From Burkholderiales bacterium (lineage in GTDB: Bacteria; Pseudomonadota; Gammaproteobacteria; Burkholderiales; Burkholderiaceae_C), in contig CANGHK010000022.1 in the NCBI GenBank assembly GCA_947453625.1, positions 4,121 through 68,120 on the forward strand: a stretch of DNA of 64,000 bases, read 5' to 3'. Positions 8,624-17,494 of the stretch are shown here, in pieces. The translations under genes and the position numbers were made by a program. Each line of letters starts with the position of its first letter. Positions within the stretch are counted from its first letter, which is position 1. Below the pieces are notes generated by a model. It saw only the letters and a list, made by a program, of their open reading frames with translations, ran no database searches and had not been told where the DNA came from.

Positions 8624-9772
8624 CTACAACGCCCTCGAGATGACTTCTTTCATGATCTCGCTGGTGCCGCCGTAGATGCGCTGCACCCGAGCGTCGGCGT
8701 ACATCCTGGCGATCAGGTATTCGTTCATGAAACCGTAGCCGCCAAAGAGCTGCAGGCATTCGTCCAGCACCTTGCCCTGGGTCTCGCTGCCCCAGAGCTT
8801 GGCCATCGAGGCGGTGGCGGTGTCGAGCTTGCCAAGGACGAGTTGCTCGACACAGCGGTCGATGAAGGCCCGGCCGACCTGGATCTGGGTGGCCACCTCG
8901 GCCAGCTTGAAGCGGGTGTTCTGCAGGTCGCCAATCGGCTTGCCGAAGGCCTTGCGCTCGCGCACATAGGCCAGCGTGGCCTCGTAAGCGCCTTCCATGC
9001 AGGCCAGCGCGGTGACGCCGATGATCAGCCGCTCATACGGCAGGTCGCCCATCAGCTGGTAGAAGCCCTGACCCTCGACGCCGCCCAGCAGGTTGGCGGC
9101 CGGCACCGTGACGTCGTCGAAGAACAGCTCGGAGGTGTCCTGCGACTTCATGCCCAGCTTGTCGAGCACCCGGCCGACGCGATACCCCGGACAGCCCTCG
9201 GTCTCGACGATCAGGATCGAGGTGCCGCGCGCGCCTTGGGTCGGGTCAGTCTTGCAGATCACCAGGATCACGCCGGCCAGGAAGCCGTTGGTGATGAAGG
9301 TCTTGCTGCCGTTGATGACGTAGTGGTCGCCGCGCTTTTCGGCCTTGGTGCGAATGCCTTGCAGGTCGCTGCCGGCGCCGGGCTCGGTCATCGCGATCGC
9401 GCCAACCAGTTCGCCGCGCGCCATCCGAGGCAGGTAGCGTTGCTTCTGCTCAGCCGTGCCGTGGTTCATGAAGTAATGCGCGACGATGGTGTGCACCGAG
9501 TTGCCCCAGCCGCTCAAGCCGCGGCGCGAACATTCCTCGTACAGCACCGCCTCGTGGCGGAAGTCGCCGCCACCGCCGCCGAATTCCTCGGGGATGTCGG
9601 TGCACAGCAGGCCGAGCTCGCCGGCCTTGCGCCACAGCTCGGCGCCGACATTGCCGCGCGCCCGCGCCGCGTCGTCGTCGGGCTGCAGTTCGTCCTCGAC
9701 GAAGCGCACGCAGGTGTCACGCCAGCGGTCCAGGTCTTCGTCGGTCCAGCTGCGGGTGAAGGTCAATGCCAT
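8624..9772 (-). CDS. acyl-CoA dehydrogenase
   Basis: 382 aa from ATG 9772 (GGAGA upstream). 'AIAMTEPGAGSDLQGIRTKAEKRGDHYVINGSKTFITNG' and 'IYGGTSEIMKEVISRAL'. The 720-aa track ORF is an artefactual N-terminal extension. Confidence 0.9.
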   Translation of the reverse strand: MALTFTRSWTDEDLDRWRDTCVRFVEDELQPDDDAARARGNVGAELWRKAGELGLLCTDIPEEFGGGGGDFRHEAVLYEECSRRGLSGWGNSVHTIVAHYFMNHGTAEQKQRYLPRMARGELVGAIAMTEPGAGSDLQGIRTKAEKRGDHYVINGSKTFITNGFLAGVILVICKTDPTQGARGTSILIVETEGCPGYRVGRVLDKLGMKSQDTSELFFDDVTVPAANLLGGVEGQGFYQLMGDLPYERLIIGVTALACMEGAYEATLAYVRERKAFGKPIGDLQNTRFKLAEVATQIQVGRAFIDRCVEQLVLGKLDTATASMAKLWGSETQGKVLDECLQLFGGYGFMNEYLIARMYADARVQRIYGGTSEIMKEVISRAL

Positions 9773-9804
9773 GTCGGTTCTCCAGAAAAACAGGTTGGTT
9801 TGTT

Positions 9805-10743
9805 TCAGACCGCGCCGCGCCAGGCCAGGGCCTGCAGCGCCGCGCGCAGGGGCGCGGGCAAGGCGACGGCGCCGGCCGGGCCGGTCGAGCGGGTGGGGTC
9901 GGTGTAGACCATCACGCAGTCGGCCATCGCCTGCAGCGATGGGCCGTCGAACATCGCCACCCGCAGCACGACCGAGCTGCTGCCGGTGTGGGTGACGGCG
10001 CCGGCCAGCGCCCAGTGGCGCGGTGGCGCGCGGTGGTGGGCCCAGTGCAGGTCGATGCGCGCCACCAGCAAGCTGACCCAGTCGGCGTCGGGGTCGCCGC
10101 CCGCCGCCGCGAAAGCCTGTTGCAGCAGCGCGGCACGGGCCTGCTCGATGCCGCGCATCACCGCCGCTTCGCTGCTGCAGCCGTCGGCATCGAAATCGCC
10201 GTAACGGCTGCCGAGCTGGGCGGCGACGGGGTAATGTTGCGGCCGGTCGCTGCCGGCCGGCAGCCTGGCGGCCGCAAAAGCCGCGACGGCACTGTCCGGT
10301 GCCGGATGCTGGTCCAGCCGGGCCGCCAGATCGTCGCGCAGCGCCGGCGGCAGATCGACGCGGGTGGCCAGGTCGGCATCCCAGGCAGCGACCGCCGTCT
10401 GCTGGATGCCGACACAGTCGCCCGCCTGGAACAGACCGGCGGCGAGCGTGAAGCCCTCGGGCGCCGCACCCAGCAGCCTGAGCCCGGCACTGACTGGCGC
10501 CGGGTAATGGCACTCGCGCCAGAACTCGGTGCGGCAGGCCACCGGCTTGAGCCGCAGCGTGCCCTCGGGCCACACCGCCGCGCCGCCGGCGGCCATCAAC
10601 CAGCGCTGGCGCGCCTCCTGGTGCAGGCCATGGACGGCGATGTTGTTGACATGGCGCCGCGTGTCGACGTCGGCAAACCGGGTCGGCGCCGGCTCGGGCG
10701 CGCCATAGGCCGCCGGGTCGTGGCGCCAGGCGTCGTGCTTCAT
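9805..10743 (-). CDS. tandem hotdog-fold (4HBT/YbgC-like) acyl-CoA thioesterase
   Basis: Two halves each carry a thioesterase-like motif: 'VDTRRHVNNIAVHGLHQEARQRW' and 'GDFDADGCSSEAAVMRGIEQARAALL'. Its ATG overlaps the stop of the upstream ACAD (ATGA at 10740-10743). Confidence 0.6.
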   Translation of the reverse strand: MKHDAWRHDPAAYGAPEPAPTRFADVDTRRHVNNIAVHGLHQEARQRWLMAAGGAAVWPEGTLRLKPVACRTEFWRECHYPAPVSAGLRLLGAAPEGFTLAAGLFQAGDCVGIQQTAVAAWDADLATRVDLPPALRDDLAARLDQHPAPDSAVAAFAAARLPAGSDRPQHYPVAAQLGSRYGDFDADGCSSEAAVMRGIEQARAALLQQAFAAAGGDPDADWVSLLVARIDLHWAHHRAPPRHWALAGAVTHTGSSSVVLRVAMFDGPSLQAMADCVMVYTDPTRSTGPAGAVALPAPLRAALQALAWRGAV

Positions 10744-11891
10744 CCGGCCAACGCGCCGCTGTCCGCCACCCGGTGCAGCTGCGCATCGACCCCGCCGCCC
10801 AGGCCCTCGATCAGCGTCAGGCGCTTGAAGCCATGGCCGACGAACAACTCGTCGGTCATGCCCATGCCGCCGTGCAACTGCACCGCCCCCTGGCCTACGC
10901 TGCGGCAGGCCCGCGCCACCACCACCTGGGCCGAGGCCACCGCCTGGCGGCGCACCCCGGCCGGCAGCGCGGTCTCGCGGTCGAGCCGCAACAGCGTGGC
11001 GCCGACCAGCGCATTGGCCTGCAGCAGCGCCAGGTGCATGTCGGCCAGCCGGTGCTGCACGACCTGGAAGCTGGCGATCGCCACGCCGAACTGCTGGCGC
11101 TGGCGCACATGGTCCAGCGTGTCGCGCAGCAGGCGCTGCATCACGCCCACGCCTTCAGCACCGGTGACCAGCAGCGCCTCGTCGCTGACCTGCTCGACCA
11201 GCGCCAGCAAGTCGACGCCCGGCTCGCCCAGCACCGCCTCGACCGGCGTGGCGTCGAAGGCCAGTTCGGCCGCCCAGCCGCCGTCGGTCAGGCGCAGGTC
11301 GCGCCGCGTGATGCCGGCCGCACCCGGGCTGACCAGCGCCAGCCGCAGGCAGCCGGCGGCATCCCGCGCGCTGACCAGCCAATGCGTGGCGTAAGGCGCG
11401 GCGCGCACCAGCGCCTTGCGGCCGGTCAGCGTGGTCAGCGCCTGGCCGCCGACCGCCGCCGTCTGCAGGCGGGCCTGCACCCGCGCCAAGTCGTGGCGCG
11501 CACCGCGCTCCAGCGTGGCCAGCACCGGGCGCACCGCGCCGTCGACCAGGCCGGCCAGCAGGCGCTGCGGCCACTCACCCGGCAGGCGCCGCAGCAGGCC
11601 GGCGCCCAGCACCGCGCAAGCCAGGTAAGGCTCGGGCAGCAGCGCGTCGCCCAGGGTCTGCAGGATCAGGCCCTGGTCGGCCAGGCCGCCGCCCTGCCCG
11701 CCCAGCGACTCGGGCAGCGCCGCGCCCAGCAGGCCCAGCCCGCCCGCCAGCCCCTGCCAGAGCGGCGCGATGGCCTCGGGCGTGGCGAGCAGCGACTGGC
11801 GGCGCGCGAAGGGCGCGGCGTCATGCAGCCAGCGCGCCAGGCTGTCGCGCAGCAGCGCCTGGGAATCGGTGAGTTCGAACATTGGTGCCAT
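10740..11891 (-). CDS. acyl-CoA dehydrogenase family protein (divergent; possible partner subunit)
   Basis: ACAD C-terminal features 'FQVVQHRLADM' and 'VQLHGGMGMTDE'. The start is ambiguous (ATG at 11897, 11891 or 11882). Confidence 0.75.
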   Translation of the reverse strand: MAPMFELTDSQALLRDSLARWLHDAAPFARRQSLLATPEAIAPLWQGLAGGLGLLGAALPESLGGQGGGLADQGLILQTLGDALLPEPYLACAVLGAGLLRRLPGEWPQRLLAGLVDGAVRPVLATLERGARHDLARVQARLQTAAVGGQALTTLTGRKALVRAAPYATHWLVSARDAAGCLRLALVSPGAAGITRRDLRLTDGGWAAELAFDATPVEAVLGEPGVDLLALVEQVSDEALLVTGAEGVGVMQRLLRDTLDHVRQRQQFGVAIASFQVVQHRLADMHLALLQANALVGATLLRLDRETALPAGVRRQAVASAQVVVARACRSVGQGAVQLHGGMGMTDELFVGHGFKRLTLIEGLGGGVDAQLHRVADSGALAG

Positions 11892-11908
11892 CGTCATCTC
11901 TTCAAGAA

Positions 11909-12079
11909 CGCCCCCAAGGCCGCCGCCTTGCGGCGCCCGCCCCCCGAGGGGGAGGAGAAACACTTGGGGCGGCCCGGCGTTTGTTTCTCATAAGCGCCCC
12001 CAAGGCCGCCTTGCGGCGCCCGCCCCCCCGAGGGGGAGGAGAAACACTTGGGGCGGCCCGGCGTTTGTTTCTCATGAAG
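11909..12079. repeat. tandem duplication of an ~85-bp GC-rich hairpin-forming intergenic element
   Basis: Copy 1 (11909-11994, 86 nt) and copy 2 (11995-12079, 85 nt) differ only by a 3-nt indel (GCC), one extra C and cataag/catgaag. Internal inverted repeats include CGCCCCCAAG/CTTGGGGCGG, CCCCC..GGGGG and GAGAAACA/TGTTTCTC. Copy 2 includes the stop codon of the 12072-13325 gene. Confidence 0.85.
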
Positions 12080-13325
12080 CCAGCAGGTGGCGGGCGATGA
12101 GGTTGCGCTGCACCTCGTTGGTGCCGGCGTAGATCGACGCGGCGCGGTCGTTGAGGTAGGCGCTCATCGCGAACAGCGCGTCCTCGGGCAGCGCCAGCGC
12201 ATGGGCGTCGGCGTCGGCCATCGCCAGCGCGGCGGCGGCGTCCGGGCCGGCGATCAGGACGCCGATCTCGGTCAGGAACTGTTTCAGCTCGGTGCCGAGC
12301 ACCTTGCCCACCGACGGCGCGATCGGGTCGTCGACCCCGCGGATGCGGGCCGCCAGCCCCTGCTGCTCCAGCGCGTGCAGCGCATCGATGCGGCAGCGCG
12401 CGTCGGCCAGCAGGCGGTCGAGGTCGCGGCGCTCGGCATCGTCGGCCGGCCGGCCGGCAAACGCCCGCGCCAGCGCCAGATGCAGCCGGGCAAGCCTGGC
12501 GCGCAACATCGGCGACCAACTGCCACCACGCTCGTGCACCAGCAGGTATTTGGCGATGGTCCAGCCCCGGTTCTCCTCGCCCAGCAACGCGCTGGCCGGC
12601 ACCCGCACATCGTCGAAGAACACCTGGTTCAGCTCATGGTCGCCCGAGATGCTGATGATCGGGCGGATCGTCACGCCGGGCAGCGGCAGGTCGAAGAGCA
12701 GGAAGCTGATGCCTTGCTGGGCCTTGGCGCCGGGGTCGGTGCGCACCAGGCAGAACATCTTGTTCGCCCATTGCGCATGGGTGGTCCAGATCTTGGTGCC
12801 GTTGATGACGTACTCGTCGCCGCGGCGGACCGCGCGGCATTGCAGCGCCGCCAGGTCCGAGCCCGCGCCGGGCTCGCTATAGCCCTGGGCCCAGTAGTCG
12901 TCGCCGGAACGGATGCCGGGCAGCCAGCGTTGTTTCTGTTCGTCGGTGCCGAAGGCCAGCAACACCGGCGCGACCATGCGCGTGCCCTGCGGCGCCAGCG
13001 CGGGCGCGCTGGCCGCGGCCAGTTCGCTGGCGAAGATGTCGTGCTGGCGCGGGCTCCAGCCGCAGCCGCCCCATTCGACCGGCCAATGCGGCACGCTCCA
13101 GCCGCGCGCGGCCAGGATGCGGAACCAGCGCTGGCCGACCGGGTAATCGGCAAAGATGCCCGCGCTGCGGCGGCCGGCCTGGCGCAAGTCTTCGCCCAGT
13201 TCGGCGGCCAGGAACTGCCGCACCTCGGCCCGGAATGGGGCGTCAGCCGATTCGGAATCAGTCGGGTCAGCGTCAGTCAAGGCGACAGCCGTCAGGGCGG
13301 CATCGGCCACAAGGGCATCGGACAT
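12072..13325 (-). CDS. acyl-CoA dehydrogenase
   Basis: 'GYSEPGAGSDLAALQCRAVRRGDEYVINGTKIWTT' and 'IYAGTNEVQRNLIARHLL'. ATG at 13325. Confidence 0.9.
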   Translation of the reverse strand: MSDALVADAALTAVALTDADPTDSESADAPFRAEVRQFLAAELGEDLRQAGRRSAGIFADYPVGQRWFRILAARGWSVPHWPVEWGGCGWSPRQHDIFASELAAASAPALAPQGTRMVAPVLLAFGTDEQKQRWLPGIRSGDDYWAQGYSEPGAGSDLAALQCRAVRRGDEYVINGTKIWTTHAQWANKMFCLVRTDPGAKAQQGISFLLFDLPLPGVTIRPIISISGDHELNQVFFDDVRVPASALLGEENRGWTIAKYLLVHERGGSWSPMLRARLARLHLALARAFAGRPADDAERRDLDRLLADARCRIDALHALEQQGLAARIRGVDDPIAPSVGKVLGTELKQFLTEIGVLIAGPDAAAALAMADADAHALALPEDALFAMSAYLNDRAASIYAGTNEVQRNLIARHLLAS

Positions 13326-13500
13326 GGTTGAGGACTCGTCGGCGGAACACGCCGCAGTGTTTCAGATCGGCCGCGCCGCATGAATCGTCGAAAGCGACGA
13401 TGTGGGCCGGCGGCCGGGATCGCTTCAATACGGCACCCGCCCATGGCCGCCAGCAGGCGGTCGCGACCCGCGCAACATGCTGCCGATCAGGAGTCTCACC

Positions 13501-15120
13501 ATGCGCCCCAGCACCGACCCCGCCGCCCAAACGTCCACCCAGGCGACCGGCCTCGACCGGTTCGCCACCCTGGGCGACACGCTGACGCAAGCCGCGCGCC
13601 GACGCGGCCAGGCCAGCGCCTACATCGACCCGGACGTCGCCTGGTCCTGGGCCGACGTGGACGCCGCCAGCGACCGACTGGCCTGCGGCCTGCTGGGCCT
13701 GAAGCTGGGGCGCGGCGACCGCATCGGCATCATCGGACTGAACCAGATCGAGTGGCTGCTGCTGTTCTACGCCGCGACCAAGATCGGCGTCGCGGTGGTG
13801 GGCTTGAGCGTGCGCTACCGCGACGGCGAGCTGTCGACGATGCTGGCCGACAGCGAGACCCGGGCCGTCTTCACGCTGGGCGCGCATGAGGGCTTCGACT
13901 TCACCGCGATGCTGGCCAGGCTGGGGCCGACCCTGCCGGCGCTGCGCCATGTCATCGCGATCGACGGCACCGGCCTGAACAGCCTGGCCGCGCTGGCCGC
14001 CACGCCGCTGGACGCCGGACGCCTGGCGCTGGCGCGGCGCCAGGTGGTGGCGAGCGACGTGGCGATGGTGATCTACACCTCGGGCACCACCGGCCGGCCC
14101 AAGGGCGCCGGCCTGACCCACCGCAGCCTGCTGGCCAGCGCCGCGGCCCAGGCCGCCCATACACGGGTGACGGAAGACGACCTGATCCACCTGGCCAACC
14201 CGCTCAACCATGTGGGCGGCATCACCTGCGGCGCGCTGACCCACCTGGTGGGCGGCGGCACCGCGGTGCTGGTGGCCGAGTTCAAGGCCGACCGGATGAT
14301 CACGCTGATGCAGCAATACCCGCCCACGCTGCTGGCCGGCGTGCCGACGATGCTGACGCTGCTGCTGATGAACGCGCGCATCGCCAGCGTCGACCTGAGC
14401 CGGGTGCGGCTGGTGTTCTCGGGCGGGTCCAACGTCGACGCGGTGCTGCTGGAGCGGCTGGCCGCGCGCCTGCCGCAGGCCACGCTGATGAACCTGTACG
14501 GCCTGACCGAGACCTCGGGCGCGATCGTGATGACGCCCTGGACGCGCAGCCCGGCCGACTTGATGACGACGATAGGCACGCCGTTCGCCGACGCCCAGTT
14601 GCGCATCGCCGGCGACGACGGCCGCGCCCTGCCCGCCGGCGAGGTGGGCGAGCTGTGGTTCAAGGGCTGTGGCGTCGTGCCGGGCTACATCGGCGCGGCC
14701 GCCGGGGCCGGCTTCAGCGCCGACGGCTGGCTGCAGACCGGCGACCTGGGCTCGGCCGACGCCCGCGGCGTGATCACGCTGAAGGGCCGCAAGAAAGACC
14801 TCTACATCCAGGGCGGCTTCAACGTCTACCCGGCCGAGATCGAGGCCCTGGTCAACCGCCATCCCCAGGTGGTGATGGCCGCCGGCATAGGCGTGCCCGA
14901 CCCGGTGCTGGGCGAGGTGGGCCGGCTCTATGTCGTCGCCCTGCCCGACAGCGGCCTGACCGAGGCCGATCTGCGCCAGTGGTGCACCGATCAACTGGCC
15001 GACTACAAGGTGCCGCGCCAGGTGGTGTTGCGCGAAGCGCTGCCCATGACGCCGGCCGGCAAGATCCACAAGGCGGCGCTGCGGGCGGAGGCGGCGGCCG
15101 GGCTCAAAGCCGGCGGCTGA
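13501..15120 (+). CDS. AMP-dependent acyl-CoA synthetase/ligase
   Basis: 'MVIYTSGTTGRPKGAGLTH', 'WLQTGDLG' and 'PAGKIHK'. Start moved to ATG 13501, preceded by AGGAG. Confidence 0.9.
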   Translation: MRPSTDPAAQTSTQATGLDRFATLGDTLTQAARRRGQASAYIDPDVAWSWADVDAASDRLACGLLGLKLGRGDRIGIIGLNQIEWLLLFYAATKIGVAVVGLSVRYRDGELSTMLADSETRAVFTLGAHEGFDFTAMLARLGPTLPALRHVIAIDGTGLNSLAALAATPLDAGRLALARRQVVASDVAMVIYTSGTTGRPKGAGLTHRSLLASAAAQAAHTRVTEDDLIHLANPLNHVGGITCGALTHLVGGGTAVLVAEFKADRMITLMQQYPPTLLAGVPTMLTLLLMNARIASVDLSRVRLVFSGGSNVDAVLLERLAARLPQATLMNLYGLTETSGAIVMTPWTRSPADLMTTIGTPFADAQLRIAGDDGRALPAGEVGELWFKGCGVVPGYIGAAAGAGFSADGWLQTGDLGSADARGVITLKGRKKDLYIQGGFNVYPAEIEALVNRHPQVVMAAGIGVPDPVLGEVGRLYVVALPDSGLTEADLRQWCTDQLADYKVPRQVVLREALPMTPAGKIHKAALRAEAAAGLKAGG

Positions 15121-15454
15121 ACTCGGCCGGGTCGAAGCCCACGCTGATCGCCCCATCGGGCCAGGCCACCACCGGGCGCCTGATCACGCTGGCCTGGGCC
15201 AGCATCAAAGACCTGGCGCTGGCGGCGTCGACCACCCCGCTCTTGCTGGCCTGGTCGAGCTTGCGCCAGGTCGTGCCCTGGCGGTTGAGCAGGCGCTCCC
15301 AGCCGACGCTGGCCATCCAGCCGTCCAGCGCCGCAGCGGGAACACCCGCCTTCTTGAGATCGTGGAATTGCACGGCGGCGCCCTGCCCGGCAAGCCAGGC
15401 CCGGGCGCGCTTGACGCTGTCGCAGTTGGGGATGCCGTAGAGAATCAGGGACAT
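15104..15454 (-). CDS. ArsC/Spx-family reductase-like protein (YffB type)
   Basis: 'MSLILYGIPNCDSVKRARAWL...RQGTTWRKL', 116 aa. It converges on and overlaps the ligase gene by 17 nt. Confidence 0.85.
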   Translation of the reverse strand: MSLILYGIPNCDSVKRARAWLAGQGAAVQFHDLKKAGVPAAALDGWMASVGWERLLNRQGTTWRKLDQASKSGVVDAASARSLMLAQASVIRRPVVAWPDGAISVGFDPAEFSRRL

Positions 15455-15512
15455 GGTTGGTTGGTTGGTTGGTTGGTTGGTTGGTTGGTTGGTTGGTTGG
15501 TTGGTTGGTTGG
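15455..15512. repeat. (GGTT)14 tetranucleotide microsatellite
   Basis: Counted directly: 14 perfect GGTT units plus GG. It begins at the nucleotide adjacent to the ATG (15452-15454, minus strand) of the ArsC/YffB-like gene. Confidence 0.97.
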
Positions 15513-15557
15513 GATGGACGGTGAGATGGACTGCGCGGGTGATGTGGCCGGTGCGGC

Positions 15558-16085
15558 TCAGCGCGATTCGGCGCCGCGACCGGCGTCGCAGGCCGGGTCG
15601 GTCATGATGGCCACACCCCCTTGCACCCGCCCGTCGGCACCCAGCGTGACGCGCGCCCACAGGCAGTCGTGGGTCTCGTAGCGCCAGGACCAGGTCTCGC
15701 GGCCCCGCCACTCGCCCTGGCGCGCCGCGGGCCGGCCCAGCAGGCGCAGCAACCCGTCGCGCGGCATGCCGTCGCGAACCTGGGCGAAGTGGTCGGCATC
15801 GAGCACCTGTTCGAAGGTGGCCAGGCGCCCGCCAGCGTCCAGGTCGACCATCCAGGTCACGCGCCCGGCCGGGCCGCGCGCGAACTCCAGCCGCTGCACG
15901 CCGCCGTCCAAGGCGTAGCGGCCGGTGGGCTGGCCCATCGCGACCAGCACCTCGGCCTCGATCTGACCCGCGCGCAACCGCGCCGGATGCAGCGTGCTGC
16001 AGGCGCTGACCAGCGACAACAAGGTCGTGGCCAGCCAGCCGCGGGCGGAAGCGGGCAGGCCCAGGCTTGGCATCGAGATCGGCAT
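15558..16085 (-). CDS. putative lipoprotein (unknown function)
   Basis: Start moved to ATG 16085 (GGGAG upstream). Signal peptide with lipobox 'LLSLVSAC'. The remainder is hydrophilic. Confidence 0.6.
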   Translation of the reverse strand: MPISMPSLGLPASARGWLATTLLSLVSACSTLHPARLRAGQIEAEVLVAMGQPTGRYALDGGVQRLEFARGPAGRVTWMVDLDAGGRLATFEQVLDADHFAQVRDGMPRDGLLRLLGRPAARQGEWRGRETWSWRYETHDCLWARVTLGADGRVQGGVAIMTDPACDAGRGAESR

Positions 16086-16397
16086 GGCGGTTCTCCCAGG
16101 TTCGATGGCGGGATCATCGCGCATCGTGGGCTGGCGCGCGAGGCCAAGCCTGCCACCATCACTGCTTGCGCGGCCCGCACCAGCACCCACATCCGCAACG
16201 CCACCCGTCCCCGCCCGTCGCGCAGGCCCAAGCTGACCTCGGGATGCCGCAAGGCGGCCAACATGCTCGGTGCTTGTGCCGATTGGCCAAGGCAGGCGCG
16301 ACAGGTCTACTGGCGGGCACCGCTGCCAGTCCGCACCCGACCGGACGCTGGCGACGAGGGTGAGCCCTCACGCCCAAACCCCGACTCGCAGCCCCCC

Positions 16398-17348
16398 ATG
16401 ACACAAGCCTACGGTCCGACGCTGGACTTCAACCGCCTGCTGGCCGCCGACCTGTCGCTCGACGACGGGCAGGATCTGGCCGACGCGCAGCGCGGTTTTC
16501 TGGACACGGTCGAGTTTGCCGAGGTGATCCGGCCCGACGGCCATGCGGTCTGGAGCCAGCGCGGCTACGCCTTTCTCGACGACGCGACGCCGGCCGACAC
16601 CGTCAACCCAAGTCTGTGGCGCCAAGCCAGGCTGAACGGCATCCACGGCCTGTTCCAAGTCACGACGTACACCCGGCCAACCTGCACAACCAGCCGCCGG
16701 CGCCCGCGGCCATCAAATCCGTCGAATACATGGGCGGCATGGACGCGCTGATGGCGCGGGCGCAAGCCGATTTCGAGCACGGCGAGTACCGCTGGGTGGC
16801 CGAGGTGATGAAGCACGCGGACTACGCCCAGCCCGGCCATGCGCCGGCGCGCGCTGGCCGCAGCCGCGCTGGCGCAGATGGGCTTCCAGGCCGAGTCATC
16901 GACCTGGCGCAACGCCTTCCTGCTGGGCGCGCGAGTACCGCGAAGGCCCACCACCGGCCTCGAAGATGGCGGCCGGCAACTCGCTGGTGTCGGCGCTGCC
17001 CAACGGGCTGCTGTTCGACGCGCGGGCAGTGCGGCTCGATGCCGGCCGGGTTGGCGCGCTGGCCTTCACGCTGGCCTGGCATTTCAGCGACAGCGGCGAG
17101 CACTGGCGCTGGAAGCGCTGTTGCAGCAGCGCGTGGCGCCGCGGCAGGCGATCACCGAGGGCCGGCTGCGGCTGGCCGGGCAGACCAGATTGCTGGGCAC
17201 GTTTTTCGGCCTGCTCGCCCGGTTTGCCGGCAACTTCCCGGTGGTCGACGCCGCGCCCTGGCCGGCGGGCACAGCAGGAACGCCCCGAACCCACCGGCTG
17301 GCGACGATGCCCATCGCCGTGCGCCGCCCGGCGAAAGCCGGCTTCTGA
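16398..17348 (+). pseudogene. decayed alkyl/aryl-sulfatase (SdsA1/BDS1 family): metallo-beta-lactamase core missing, remaining parts frameshifted
   Basis: The N-terminal piece 'DAQRGFLD...TVNPSLWRQARLNGIHGLFQV' stops matching where the MBL domain should begin. The dimerisation-domain piece 'EYMGGMDALMARAQADFEHGEYRWVAEVMKH' is in another frame. 'ALAQMGFQAESSTWRNAFLLGA', 'SALPNGLLFDARAVRLDAGRVGALAFTLAWHFSDSGEHW' and 'GRLRLAGQTRLLGTFFGLLARFAGNFPVV' are spread over two further frames. Confidence 0.7.
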
Positions 17349-17494
17349 CACCCCGGGTTGACGCTGACCGCGGCGAACTGCAACGAGGCCGTCCTGAAGT
17401 CACACCATGGCTGGCTTTAATATTTCAACCAGTCAAATTGACAAGCTTAAGGTGGTACTATTTGTTGTTGTCTTAGTTAATATCAAAATAGAAA

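Noticed and set aside
8624-10786. A 720-aa ORF that looks like a fused large protein.
   Set aside because: Only the C-terminal 382 aa (from ATG 9772, which has a Shine-Dalgarno sequence) are acyl-CoA dehydrogenase. The N-terminal 338 aa are Arg/Gly/Pro-rich and are an alternate frame of the tandem-hotdog gene at 9805-10743.
15455-15512. The (GGTT)n tract and the 85-bp tandem repeat (11909-12079) as possible CRISPR arrays.
   Set aside because: The units are contiguous with no unique spacers, the unit sizes (4 bp; 85 bp in two copies) do not fit CRISPR architecture, and no cas genes are present.
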